Assembly: GCA_951406725.2 (NCBI GenBank)
Contig: OX597814.1
Location: 126,108,001 to 126,172,000, forward strand
Source: Octopus vulgaris
Lineage: Eukaryota
DNA length: 64,000 nucleotides
Reading direction: 5' to 3'
Of the stretch, positions 51,531 through 64,000 are shown one piece after another (position 1 is the first letter of the stretch; each line of letters starts with the position of its first letter). The notes beneath the pieces are model-generated. The model made no database searches. It had not been told where the DNA came from and saw nothing but the letters and a program-made list of their open reading frames with translations. Both the position numbers and the translations under genes were made by a program.

Positions 51531-53884
51531 GAGGTATAAGTGAAAGTGGTGTTGTTATGATGATTGACTTCAGATCACCATTGATCAAACAGATCTGTGA
51601 TCAAACGTAATCCAGCTATAACCATCCCATCTTTTCACAGTGTGTAGGGAACCCAAGACCACATGATCCAACATGTCCTTTTCTAAGATGATAGAGTGTC
51701 AGCTGAAGGAGATTTGACTGCTATTTCTAGTGGTCAGCAACCACACAGATGCTCATGTACTAGCTCATAAATAAGAGGGTTGTAGAAGTAGGTGAAGAGG
51801 TCATCTTCTAGTTTTATCCCAGTAACCTCAATATAAATAGTAACCAGCATTATCTCATGTTCTTGATCATATCACTTATCATTTCTTCCAAACTGTGTCT
51901 ATTGGGGATTCATGGTTGTAAATTGCTAAATGGAAATACTATAACTTAATTATTCTAACTTTCCTTCTCAGCTTAAATGTTAATCTCATATACACATAGA
52001 CATGCACACACACATAACATAAATAAGCACACTTACACCTAATGCTGTACTCTTGCTTTCTCTCTCTCTCTCTCTCTCCCTCACTTTTTCTTTCTTGCAG
52101 ACAAAACTACAAGTTTAAAACTGCATTACTGATCACATGGCTAGAAGCTCAAAGCACCATGCATCCACAGGGAAACCTTCTAAAAACAGCAGCCAAATTG
52201 CTCTCAAATCACACCTTTTCATATTAAAAGTGGGAGAATACATTGTATAATGTAATCCAAGAGACACTAGATATGCTACTAGAGATCATGGTACTCATGA
52301 CTTGACCAAAGCTGACCTGGGATTAAATTGCAACAATAACAACAACTTCAGAATGCTAAATGAATGATACAAATCTCTTCCTGGATAAGAAGCCAGTCTG
52401 CTTCAGTTAACATTATCACATGATTTGTTACCTATATTTGATAACTCAGACAATAGAGAAAGTTAAGTGCACTTCACAGATGCACACACCAAATTACTTT
52501 CATTAAATTTAACCTAGCAACCCATGCATAAGTTGGTAGTTGTATACCATTGCTACTCTACTAATTCATCTTTACATCATCATTTCTACCTGAGTCAAGG
52601 AGACTTAGGGAATGTTTTATCAAGTCCAAATTAAACTTCAGTTGAACAGTGAATAAGTGGTTACTTGACTATTGTAGATCAGCTGTAGATAGTGATATTT
52701 TGGCAAAATTGTTAGAGCATCAGGTAACATGCCAAATAATATTTAGTTATAGTTATTTTTATTCCCTTAGTTGAAATCCTACCGAGATCAACTTAGTGTC
52801 ATCCTTTCAGGATTGAGAAAATAAAGGACCAATCAATTTGATTGACTGATACTGGTGTCTCAAAGCTTCATCATGCAAAATACTATGGTGAGAATCTTGA
52901 ATGAATCTTCCTAGTGCAATTTGCAATTTAAGAGTGAATGAGAGCAAAAATACCAATTGTTACAGTATTCCTGTGAACAGCAGTGATATCAGTTTTCATA
53001 ACTTACAAAGAATAGTTGACAGAAGAAATGTGAAAAGTGGGGTCAATTTGTATTCCTATAATAATACATCCTTGATGTGAATGGAATACAAGACACAAGA
53101 CAGCTGTACAGCTAAGACTATCCATTCTCTACTGATATACTAGTCTCTTTTTAGTTGGTCCCTCAGATATTTTTATCTTTTCCAACTCAACCCTAGTTTC
53201 ATCAACAAGGTAACATGAAACTTAAGAACTAACCAGTCACTGCAAAGCACTTGTATAAAAGGTGATTGTTTGTGATCAGCTTTAAATATACTTCAGTAAA
53301 CAAAGATATTTATGCCAAAGGTTAAGAAATAAATCCATCATAAGTAACTTCAATTTAATTTATATTAGCCAATGTGTAAATCAGCTTCTGCTAAAGTCTA
53401 AAGATGATTTAATCCCACTTGTAGTTCTGAACAAATTTATATTATGGAAAAGATAAAATGGGGAAAAAAGTAGAAATAAAGACGGTTTACTAAATATAGA
53501 CACCAGTGAAAGCTTCTTCGTGTACAATTGACCTTTTGGGCATTAGTTAATATTTCATACTTAAGACTTATTACTTTGAATGCTCCACATTCTAAGTGGC
53601 TAGATTCCAACTAAAATACTACTTCAATAGTTCGATTATTGTTCTAGTTTTGTTCACACCTACATCTAATTTGTTTCATTTGCTGGGGAGCTTTTGACAC
53701 TTTCAATACACCTTGCTTTCTTATTACTATATCTTACCCACTTACTCATATACATATTCACATATGCCCATGTGTGAGCATGTCAAAGAGGAAGAGAGAA
53801 ATAATCCCTCATTTTAGTTCTTATTAAAGACTGACTGTAAACATGTTATAGCACTAATTGTCTGGAAAAGAGTTTTATTACACG

Positions 53885-54062
53885 ATGTCTTATGACATGT
53901 GAACTATCTTGTGACCTTGGTCAATCTTATGATCCGTGAGCTATGTTATGGCCAAGATTCATCTTATAATCTGTAATCTACCTTATGACCTGTGGTCTTG
54001 TGACCTTGTGATCTATCTTATGATTTATGATCTATATGACTTATTATATGACTTGTGATCTA
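53885..54062. repeat. Degenerate short-unit tandem repeat
   Basis: Recurring TCTTATGACCTGTGATCTA-like units. Confidence 0.7.
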
Positions 54063-54449
54063 ATGTTCCATTGCTAGTCAAATGACATTCTACTGACAAT
54101 CTGCAAACAATCATGCTGTCAGAGTATATTTAATAAAAAGTTATTTTTTCTATTACTGGTTTTTCTGCAATTTATACTCAAGCATGGTACTAAACACTTT
54201 ATTGGATCTTTCCTCCCCATAAAATTTGTGAACACCCTAATAGTTCAAGTTTTCTTATCTACACTGCAAATCTAAATTATATATCCATATCTGTACACCT
54301 CTTTTCTCTTTCTCTCAACCATTCTTAGTAAATCTTACATTAAAACCTTCTTTGATTAAAGGACTTTCTTCCTCTTTTTTGCTATTGTTGTTGTTATCTA
54401 ATCAAAGAAGGAGTTGCCATAGCTTCAAAGTTTACAGTCCCCTACAAAC

Positions 54450-54780
54450 TAGTTAGATCCTTGTGAGTGGTGTTAAGTATGAACATCTATAGATTGAAGT
54501 CAGAATGAAAAAATGTGGATAGAAAGTGAATTCCAATGGGTTTCACAGTGGAACAGGTGGCTGAAGAGTTTAGTGCAGGATCTCGAAAATTAAGTATTGT
54601 CAGGGTGACAGAAGAACAAAGGTGACTTAAGGATAAGGGCAACAGGAGGATAACTAGATAGGTCAGGTGAAACTGAATAGAGCAAGTACGCAGTTAGCTA
54701 AATTCTATGGAGCAGATACCATTGTGGTTGAAATGGAAGAGGCAGAAAGGAGGAAACAGTACATCTGTGGCTTAAGTCTT
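54450..54780 (-). mobile_element. Decayed CR1/Jockey-group LINE 3' end
   Basis: Remnants LSHRCTVSS, HNGICSIE/LANCV and HWNSL, in the order expected for a LINE C-terminus. Confidence 0.55.
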
Positions 54781-55754
54781 TTGTTAATAGTATTTACTAA
54801 TTAGTCAAATGGCCCTCTTTTGGAATGCAGGCTTGAATGTTAATTATATATTACATATTAACTGCACTTAATCTACCTTACTCTTTTGCTCCAATCTGTG
54901 ATGGAGTGTAAAAGCTATGAGAATTACCTTCCACCTTTGACATTAGTTCACCATATTTCATACCATCTTTGTATGATGAGTTCAACCTTATCTAAAACTA
55001 ACTTCCTTCATTTCCAATGTTTTATTTGTGTTATTATCATAATTGTTTTCTCTGCTAAAATGTTTGCTGGACAATAAAAGACTATTATGCAATTTAATCT
55101 CCAAAATAATAGGTGATATTTCTATACTGATACTGCTTTCAATGTCCTTTCATTATTTTTTTTTCTTTCATTTTGATATTGATATGGTGTTCTTTATATT
55201 CATTGGAAGTGAAGCTTATGTAATATCTTGATATCTTTCAACAGACCAAATAATACAGATGAATGCTGTAAAGTTTACTATTCATGTTGTTGCATAGTTC
55301 TATTGTTGTTGTAGAGGAAATAGCCTGTTGTTTGAGTGTCACTGATAGTGTTTATCAGAGTAAATCTTGTTATCTTTTTCACCAAACTATAATGTATTCA
55401 CTGCCCATGGCAAAATCGATAACTAAGAATAAATGCAGTGACATGCACTAAATTACCAGGTGCATATACATTTTAATTAATATGCTCAATTGCAGTTCAA
55501 AGTATCTGATAGTTCCCTGTGCTTTTATTTTCGGCTACACTGATGTTATTAAAAAAAAAAAGAAGCTAGCGTACTTTCAGACATTCCTCCCATGTCCATG
55601 TTTTGGTTCAGTGGTAGTAAAGGTGGTGGTGGCAGTGGTGGTTGTGGTGGTGGGATGGATATTGTAGAGGCGGTTTTGGTATTGTTGGGGTGATTATATC
55701 ATTTTAATTTGATGTTACGGCAGATTGAGACCAATATTAATAGTCATCTCACAG

Positions 55755-56961
55755 ACTCTGTGTGTATGTGTGTGTGTGTATGCTCATATTGTTTTCTATA
55801 TGTGTGTATATATATTCACATACTACTTCGTGTGTGTCTGTGTCATCTCACTGTGTGTATGTTTGTGCTCATACTGTTTTCTATATATGTATGTATTCAT
55901 ATTCTTCTCTATATGTGAAGATATATATATGTGTGTGTGTTTTATTTGAATGCATGCTTCATAGGTATACATCCAGATATTACTCTGGGTCTGTATGTGT
56001 TTGTAGTGCATATGTATTTCTGTATACATGTGTGCACATATGTGTGTGCATTGCATACTAGATTTTGAGTGTGTGTGTTTGTGCATTCTCAAACTACTCA
56101 ATACATATACATATTTGTGTAATTTTTCTCCTGTGCATTCATATGAAACATTCTATATTTGTACTGTTGTGCATGCATTCACATGTGCTTTGTGTGTGAA
56201 ATCAGTGTATGTATGTGTATGTGTCCATTTACATATTGCTGCATGTGTATGTAATGGTATGTACTTTTACATACTGTTTCACATGTATTGTATGTCTATG
56301 TTTATGAGTTGGGAATTCATATACTGTTTTGTGTATTGTATGTGTGTGTATTCAGTCTGTATATGGGATATATGTATGTGAGTACATTTCCATAATGCAG
56401 TGTGTGAGTGTGTATTCACTTATGGCTTTGTATGTGTCTGTGTATGTGTACATACACAATACTTTGTATGTGTGTGCATTTACATACTGCATTATATGCA
56501 TTGTATGCACTCATTGTTCTGTAAATGTATATGTGTGTGTGCATTTGTAGAAGGATATGCATGCATATATGTGTATGTGTATATATATATATACACACAC
56601 ACATATATATATTTGTATATGCCATACTTTGTTATTGTGTCATAATATATGAGGGAGTGTATGTGAAATTGGTTTGAATGTAAAGAGCAGAATTTCTATT
56701 TTTCCTAAGCTGACTGCCCCATTAGAGGAAACTGCAATACATAGGGAATTAATTCTACTCACTTATCTCTGCTGCCTCACTTTCAGGGATGCTGTGTTAT
56801 AGAAAACCTTTTGTTTGACAGCTGAGTTGCTTTTTAATTAGTCATATATATATATGTATATATATGTGTGTGTGTGTGTGTGCATACACATACACACGCA
56901 TAGAAGCATTCAAACATATACACAACACACACACATGTATGTATGAGTATACATACATACA

Positions 56962-56995
<34 letters not shown>

Positions 56996-57062
56996 CATAC
57001 ATATATACATATATATATATATACATACATAATGCATTATATATGTGTGTGTATGTGTGTAC

Positions 57063-57108
<46 letters not shown>
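55755..57108. repeat. Long degenerate TG/TA low-complexity and microsatellite tract
   Basis: Read directly. It is the source of many Cys/Val/Tyr-rich spurious ORFs. Confidence 0.85.
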
Positions 57109-57110
<2 letters not shown>

Positions 57111-58139
57111 TGCTATTAAATGTAATTAATATACAGACTTTTAAATATTTGAGCAGAAATCAAATAAGCGTTTCTTTCTCGAAGTGTGGCATGTATTTAT
57201 CAGATAGTGAAGTTAACATGATATTGTAATTTATCCTGTTTTATATTTATATTTATATATCTTCTTAATTTTATATCTTTTATTGAATTTAATTTTAATT
57301 CCATTGAAGAAAATGAATGTTCCAACATTATCATTAACAATTGGCTTACACATATTCCAGTTTGGAAAAAAAAGATAATAATAATAATAATTGTTTCGGG
57401 CTATATTCTATTATTTTGCTCTTATTAATAATTTACTTTATCACATTATAATTAAATGTGAGAATCCTGTTCTTTTTCCCCTTATTAAACAACATACCTG
57501 ATAACTTTAATTATAAAGATGACTTTAATTATAAAGATTGTCAGTGGCTGCCAGTTTTTGCTTCCTTATGTGAAATGTTTAGTTGGTTTACTGATTGGCA
57601 AGATAAAGCTTTTCAGATTTACAAGTTCTAACACTGGATTGCTTAATCGTAGTCTCCAACGGAAATACTAGTTGTAATTCATTGCATGGAAGCGTAATGA
57701 GCCATCAAATATGTTTGCCATCAACTTGGCACCATGCATGCTTGCTGATTAGATCTACATACAATCATTCCTCTAGTGTTCCTCCATCACAGAAGAATAT
57801 TGCAACTTGTTTGCTAACAGACAGACTTTAATGAGCCTAAATAGCATTCTCTCTGAAAATACACTTTATCTTACTGCTGTAGTCAACATAGTGATGCATA
57901 ATTATAGAGAAATGACCAAAGCATCAGAGTTCTGATTAGAATTATCTTCTATATTTTAAACCTATGGGCGATGTCCTTTTTGCTATCAAATCAGTACTTC
58001 ACAATGCATTGGTGAATTACTACATTTTGTTTTAAATTTTAATTTTTCAGAATAAAAGCATAAAACATCATTGCTAGGAAGTGAATAATGTGAAAAGTAA
58101 ATAAAAATTCACATTCACTCTATATACATGTAGCAAAGC

Positions 58140-59033
58140 TGCTGAGCTTACTATGTTTTTCTGAATCCAGTGTTGTGCCTGTTTGGAGCTGTGGGATGGT
58201 GCTGAGTCCTGTTGAAAGCTCCAAGGTGCACCTTGAAAGTGCTCATCCACTCATGGAAGCAGTTCAGCTTCCTGAATGCCACTATTGTGTTGCTGGGTGT
58301 TTATTTTAAAACCGAGAGCACAAAAATGAGTGGAAACCTTCCAGTGGCTGTCCAGCCACCCAAACCATAACTGACTGTGGATTTTGATGTCAATTTATGA
58401 CTCTACCCATGACAGATCTAGATACACTCCAAAGTCAATGGTTTACTGTCTGTTTGACGTCAAATTTCTTTTCATCAGTGAACACCAAGTCGGGCAGCAT
58501 GCCTTCAGTAATCTGATGCTGGATAAGATGACTTCTCTCCAGTCTCATGGCCTTATAAAGTTGCGTGAGCTTATGATAGCAGATCATCTTCTAGTAGTAG
58601 GTCCTGAGATCCTCCTTCAGCACCTGCTACATCGATGTTTGGCTTATTTTTGCTGCGGCAGCTAGTTTTCTGACAGAACAATGAGGATTTTGCCATATCT
58701 TTACTCAGGTGTTTTTGATGAGCTGAGGGGTCTCCACACTTCTTTTTCAGCTGCATCCAAGTCAATCAGCAGTGGAACCAGTCTCTTGAGATTTCTTGAC
58801 AATTTTCCAGACTGTTGTTCAGTTAATTTTAAGCTTTTTTGCTATAGCTGTATTACTTTTGACGAGGTTTATGATTGTATTTTGGTCTATAGCCATTATC
58901 TAATTTATAAATCTGAATTTATTTAAGCTGAAACAAAAAGAAAATACATTAAGTGTATAATTTTCATCTTATCACATTTATTGATAGTTATTAAAGCCCA
59001 AAACTTCAGTTGCCTTAATTTTGAGATACCCTG
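58140..59033 (-). mobile_element. 3'-truncated maT/DD37D-like transposon
   Basis: 5' TIR-like CAGGGTATCTCAAAATTAAGGCAAC, ATG at 58896. Remnants NPHCSVRKLA, LVFTDEKKFDV, QSVMVW and WSFQQDSAPSHSSKQAQHW. Confidence 0.88.
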
Positions 59034-60474
59034 TGTGTGTATTAATTGGAAACAGATGAGGGTTGGCAAGAGGAAGGATATTTGGCCAGAGAAAATCTGC
59101 ATCACTAGATTCTGTCTGACCCATGCAAGCATAGAAAAGTGAATGTCAAAACGATGATGGTGATATACATGCTTACACAAATACATGCATACACACACAC
59201 ACACAAACATATGCATACACATAAATACATGCACATATACATATATATGCACACTTGTGTGTAAGTTTATGATCCATGCATGGTCACAATATATATATAC
59301 ATACATATAATGGCAGTGGTGATGGTAGAAGTGATCAAATATGATAGCATTAGGCAGGATGATAGAGATGGAGTCGATGATGATGATGATAATGATTATG
59401 ATAACAACAAGGACCATGACAATGATGACCTACCACAATGATGGTGAAGATGACAGGGCTTTAAGTGGAGCTTGTCGTCAAATACAGTTATTGTCTCTTC
59501 AAAATATTAATGGTTTCCTGATTATAATAATCTCTTTGTCTTATAAATATCACCTCTTGTTTATACACTTCTCTCTCCTCCTCTCCTCTCACTTCCTTTC
59601 TCCTCTTCTCCCCTTCACTTCCTCTCTTCTCTCTCTTCTTTCCCCTCTCACCTCTTCTCCCTATCTCGTCTTCCCTCTCTTTAAGTGTGTAAGTATCCAA
59701 CTATGTGTGACTATGGATGCCTGTGTTTAGGTGTTCATATTGTTTGTATACATGGTTTTGTGCATGTATCTATGAATTGTTTGCTATATATACCCAATCG
59801 TTATCTGAGAGTATGTTTACATGCATATCTATATGTATATCTATGTATATGTTTGCTTGTGTATACATGTGTGTCTGTGTTTGTTGCCATGTATACCCAT
59901 GTATTCTTCATTTCATATCCAACAATGTGCATGTATGTGTGTGCATCTATGATTGTGTCTTTGGTGTGTTCCAATGTGTGTGTCAGCATGTGTGTGTTTC
60001 GATATGTAAATTTATGTGCCTATGTGATATTTCAGTGTAAATGTGTGAGTTTTCTCATAGGTGTCTAAATATTATACGCTGATATATTTGGACTAGTGTT
60101 CTCATCTTGGTTGTTATTTTCACAATATTTCTGTTGTTGTATCCTTCAACCTTCTTCAGCTGTATCGTATCAATAACATTCTCAAAATTTCAAATTAAAT
60201 TTTTTATTAAATCAACTGTACCTTGTTGTCATTCTGTTGTCCATAGCACAGATATTCTCTTATTAGTTTGTCTAATACCTCTGATGCTGTTTGCTCATTC
60301 CACTTGAATCTGAGAGTATATTGACTGATCCAAGTTTTGAATTTAGTCCTACTAGCTATGCTATTACATTTAACACTTAATCAATGTTTATATTCACAGT
60401 CTCACTGTCCTATGAGATAATTAGATAATATAAATTAGGAGATTTAAACCTAACTTCTTTTAATTATTTCATTA

Positions 60475-60830
60475 AGGTGTGAGGTAGCTACCTTGTGTAA
60501 GACAGCTACATTGTTGTGAGGTATCTCACCATAGAAAATCTGCCTCACCAAATTCAGTATGACATGTATAAGGCAATTACATAGTGTGAATAAGCTGCAT
60601 GGTATGAAACAGTTACATGGTCTCAGGTAGCTACATGGTGTGAGGTAGTTATATGGTGTACATATCTACATGGTGTAGGCAGCTACATTGCGTGCAACAG
60701 TTATATGATGTGAGGTAACTAAATTGTGTATAGTGTAAGATAGCTTCATGGTATAAGGTAGTTAGATGGTGTGAGGCAGCTGCATGGTGTAAGACAACAA
60801 CATTGCATTAGGTAGCTATGTGGTGTGAAG
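60475..60830. repeat. Degenerate 18-bp minisatellite
   Basis: Recurring GGTGTGAGGTAGCTACAT units. Confidence 0.85.
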
Positions 60831-61379
60831 CACCTACAAAGAAGAGAGAACCTAAAGCAACTTCATGGCTTATTTTAAGCCCAGTTATGTATTCTACCTT
60901 TGTTAGACATCTAATGTATGCAAATAACATATATCGTTATTGGTTATTTTATTGCTATGTTATAGTCCATGGTAATATAAAATTTATTTCATCCTGCCAT
61001 GGTGTATTTAATAATTTCTCTGTTTTTAATGCCCCGCTGAATGAAATGTTAGTGTTATTATTGCTAATCTAATATCATGAGTATAATATATCTGATACGT
61101 TCTTCTGGCACAAATATTTCGGTTACACACATAAAATCCTGTATAAATAACAGTGATTGCAGTTTTTCCCTGTCCTGCCATGAATAGATGTAGCCAGCAG
61201 TGATCTACAAGCTTTCATTGACAAAAGCCTCTCTCCAACAATGGGCAACTATTAGAAAGGAAATGTTACAACTGATCTTTAATCAAACTGAATTGTGTAT
61301 GCAAATATCAGTTTCTTACAAGGTTCCCTTCTCCTAAAATAATATAAAACTGTGTATGGAGAGAGGGTGAGAAAGAAAG

Positions 61380-61420
<41 letters not shown>

Positions 61421-61421
61421 T

Positions 61422-61452
<31 letters not shown>

Positions 61453-61829
61453 GGGGGAGCAATATTATAAGGCTGATTTGAGGAAAGAAGAACGGAAAGA
61501 AAATATATATATTTTTATGAAAGTGTAGAAGATGTAATTATGATACAATATGTCAGAAAAGACTGTTTTGTGTTTTGGGTAGTTTTCTTTGTAAGAAATT
61601 TTCAAATAATAGCCTTTATATTTCTAGTAAAATATGATATTACCCTTAAGATTAATATTTGAAAATAATACACATATCTTATTTTTTCACTGCACAATTA
61701 TTAAATTCTACTAAATTTTTGTGCATGTTTCTTAATATTTACTGAAAATAAATATTTTCCATACTTTTACTATTTTTTGCTCAATAAATTTACACTTTAA
61801 AGTGTGTGTGTGTGTATTTATATATATAT

Positions 61830-61860
<31 letters not shown>

Positions 61861-62734
61861 TTCATCTTTGAAATCTGTTTCTAAATTATATATTTCTACA
61901 ATTTTGCTCAAAATGTCAATGGCGTATCTGCCATCCCTGTATCAGTTCCAGAAACCTCCCTAATAATCTAAATAGTACAATACTTTCTCCTATCAACAAA
62001 TTTCAACTAGAATATATGTATAAATTTTCTCATAATAAAAAAAAAATCTATCTACTTCTAAGCCAGCATTGGACAGGAAATTTTCTATTTATATTTTTTA
62101 TTGTTGCCAAAATATAAATAACTAGATAAATAAAATGAATGGAAGAAAATATTTTCCATCAATAATTTTCCTGACTTTGTCATAACTTGCATCTCTGCCA
62201 AATGCATAGACTCTAAAATTAAAAAATAAAAAAATTCATTTGGCATACATCAAACATCCTTTGTCTCATCTAGGCAGCTGTACATTCTGGTTAGTGGCCA
62301 AATGCATAGCAGTCTTCTGGTTATTAGCAGGTCAATATCTTTCTATTTCAATTCTAGAATCAACATTTTTGCAAACATCCATCTGCTGTACATTATACTG
62401 TATGATTATTAAATATAAACTAATCTGTCCTTCTCCCAAACTCAGTCTCCTTTCACTGAATACAATCTTCAACAAGCAGTCCTTGCTTTATTTTCAATAT
62501 ATAAAAGAGATTCTGTAGACAATCTTGTAACACTGACTTCTAATCACTCATTTCAAACATTCCTTATTTTCTAACTTTTAAAAATATATATTTTTCCTTT
62601 CTATGTTTCATAAACTCTCAAATGACACTTCAGCATCAACAATTGCAGATATCCAGGAGATAACTCATTATTTTGGATAAAAAAGAAATGATAACAAGGA
62701 GAAAAACAGTTTTCTCTTGAGTTATCAGATAAAG

Positions 62735-62865
62735 ATTGATAACTCTCATTAGACACTACCTAAGAATTGGTAACTCTCATTAGACACACTAGCTAAATAT
62801 TAGCAGCCCTCAAGAGACACACAAGCTTAAGATCTGTATCTCCCCATTAAGAAGCATGAGCTAAA
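62735..62865. repeat. ~31-bp degenerate tandem repeat (about 4 units)
   Basis: TAACTCTCATTAGACAC occurs twice exactly, followed by two decayed units. Confidence 0.7.
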
Positions 62866-63764
62866 GTTGGTAAATATGCCAGAACTCTTCTCTGTAGAAT
62901 ACTAAAAGTGAAACATTGTTTGCATTATGATAAGGTTTTATTTAGTTTCTTATATTTACCAGGTTCTCTCAAGACTAAAACCATTTTCTCAGCCCATTTT
63001 GTGAAATTACTGTTTATTTTACTTATGGACAACTACTGATTGTTAATAACTGTTCCTATAGAACTACGGATAGACATAATGGATTTACAGAATTGTTAGA
63101 GCATTGGATACAATACCTGTAATATTTAGTGATAGATCTTTACATTCAGAGTTCAAATAGAAGAAGCAGAAGACACTTCCATCTGCCTACTTGATACCAA
63201 GCCTCTCTATTGGCTATCGGTAACCATTTATGAATAAATTGTAACATAATGTTTAATTCTGACTGGAGCTATCCGAGCCTATCGGGTTTTCCTATAATCA
63301 AGCCTGCTATTTTTGACTGCTAAATAACAAGTGGCATATCACACAATATATGCACACACACATAATGGGAGTCAACATTCAATGATGCATAACGTACAGT
63401 AGCAAGTACCATAAATAGGGAGGTCTGCAATATGTTAGCATACAACACTGACACACAGTAAGACTCAGCATATACACAAGTACATAACGCCCACCCACAC
63501 ACATACACGCACTGGTACACAACATTCACATGTAAAAGAAACACATGGCACACAACAAACACACTCATAAACACTGGTATACAACTCTCACATACATACA
63601 TGCTTGATGCATAATACAAACATATGCACCCTGGTATGCAGCATATACACAAGCCCACACACCGACACACAACACCTAAAGCACATATCACAAAACACAT
63701 ACTATTATATCAAAGAAAACATATACAAGCCATTGAGAGAGCAAGAGAAAGAGATACTACAACG

Positions 63765-63945
63765 TCATTCAATCAGCTAGAAATAGCCACTAAATCATTT
63801 TTGAATCACACTCTACCACTTAAAAAATGAAGGATAATGTACATTTTATTGAATAATGTAAACCAGAGTAAAATAAAATGGGCTAGTCATGTCTAGCTTT
63901 GATCATAAGACTATTCAATGAGAACTGACCTGGGTTAAGCAACAA
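63765..63945 (+). mobile_element. Family D interspersed repeat
   Basis: GCTAGAAATAGCC...AATCACAC...TTTGATCATA...CTGACCTGGGTTAAGCAACAAC. Confidence 0.75.
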
Positions 63946-64000
63946 CACACAAAATATGTACTCATGTATATCAGCAAGAGCTGTACACATCAGTGGGAAA

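Noticed and set aside
12028-63830. Numerous YIYI/CVCV/HTHT/LSLS-rich ORFs in the ORF track
   Set aside because: They are translations of (TA)n, (TG)n, (CA)n and (TC)n microsatellites.

Overview
AT-rich, CpG-depleted eukaryotic DNA dense in microsatellites and decayed transposons. The SINE families and repeat landscape look like octopus (coleoid cephalopod) DNA; this is from recognition, not a database search. No intact protein-coding gene is visible: nearly all ORF-track entries are microsatellite translations, chance ORFs or transposon fragments. Supported content: five Tc1/mariner-superfamily fossils (a full-length mellifera-like mariner, an internally deleted mariner, three maT/DD37D-like copies), a non-autonomous Helitron, LINE fossils (RTE, CRE-like, R4-like, CR1-group), three tRNA-headed SINE families plus two other short interspersed families, several nested insertions with clear target-site duplications (TSDs), and degenerate minisatellites. 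Two weak candidate micro-exons and CpG decay suggest the window may be intronic. The most unusual structures are a ~99%-identical 614/618-bp non-TE block duplicated 10 kb apart with a diverged homologous flank, a 104-bp-arm hairpin element inside a (TA)n array, a palindromic minisatellite grown inside a SINE, and a 200-bp local copy of a dead transposase segment. I found nothing I can confidently call a new biological system. Boundaries of decayed elements are approximate.
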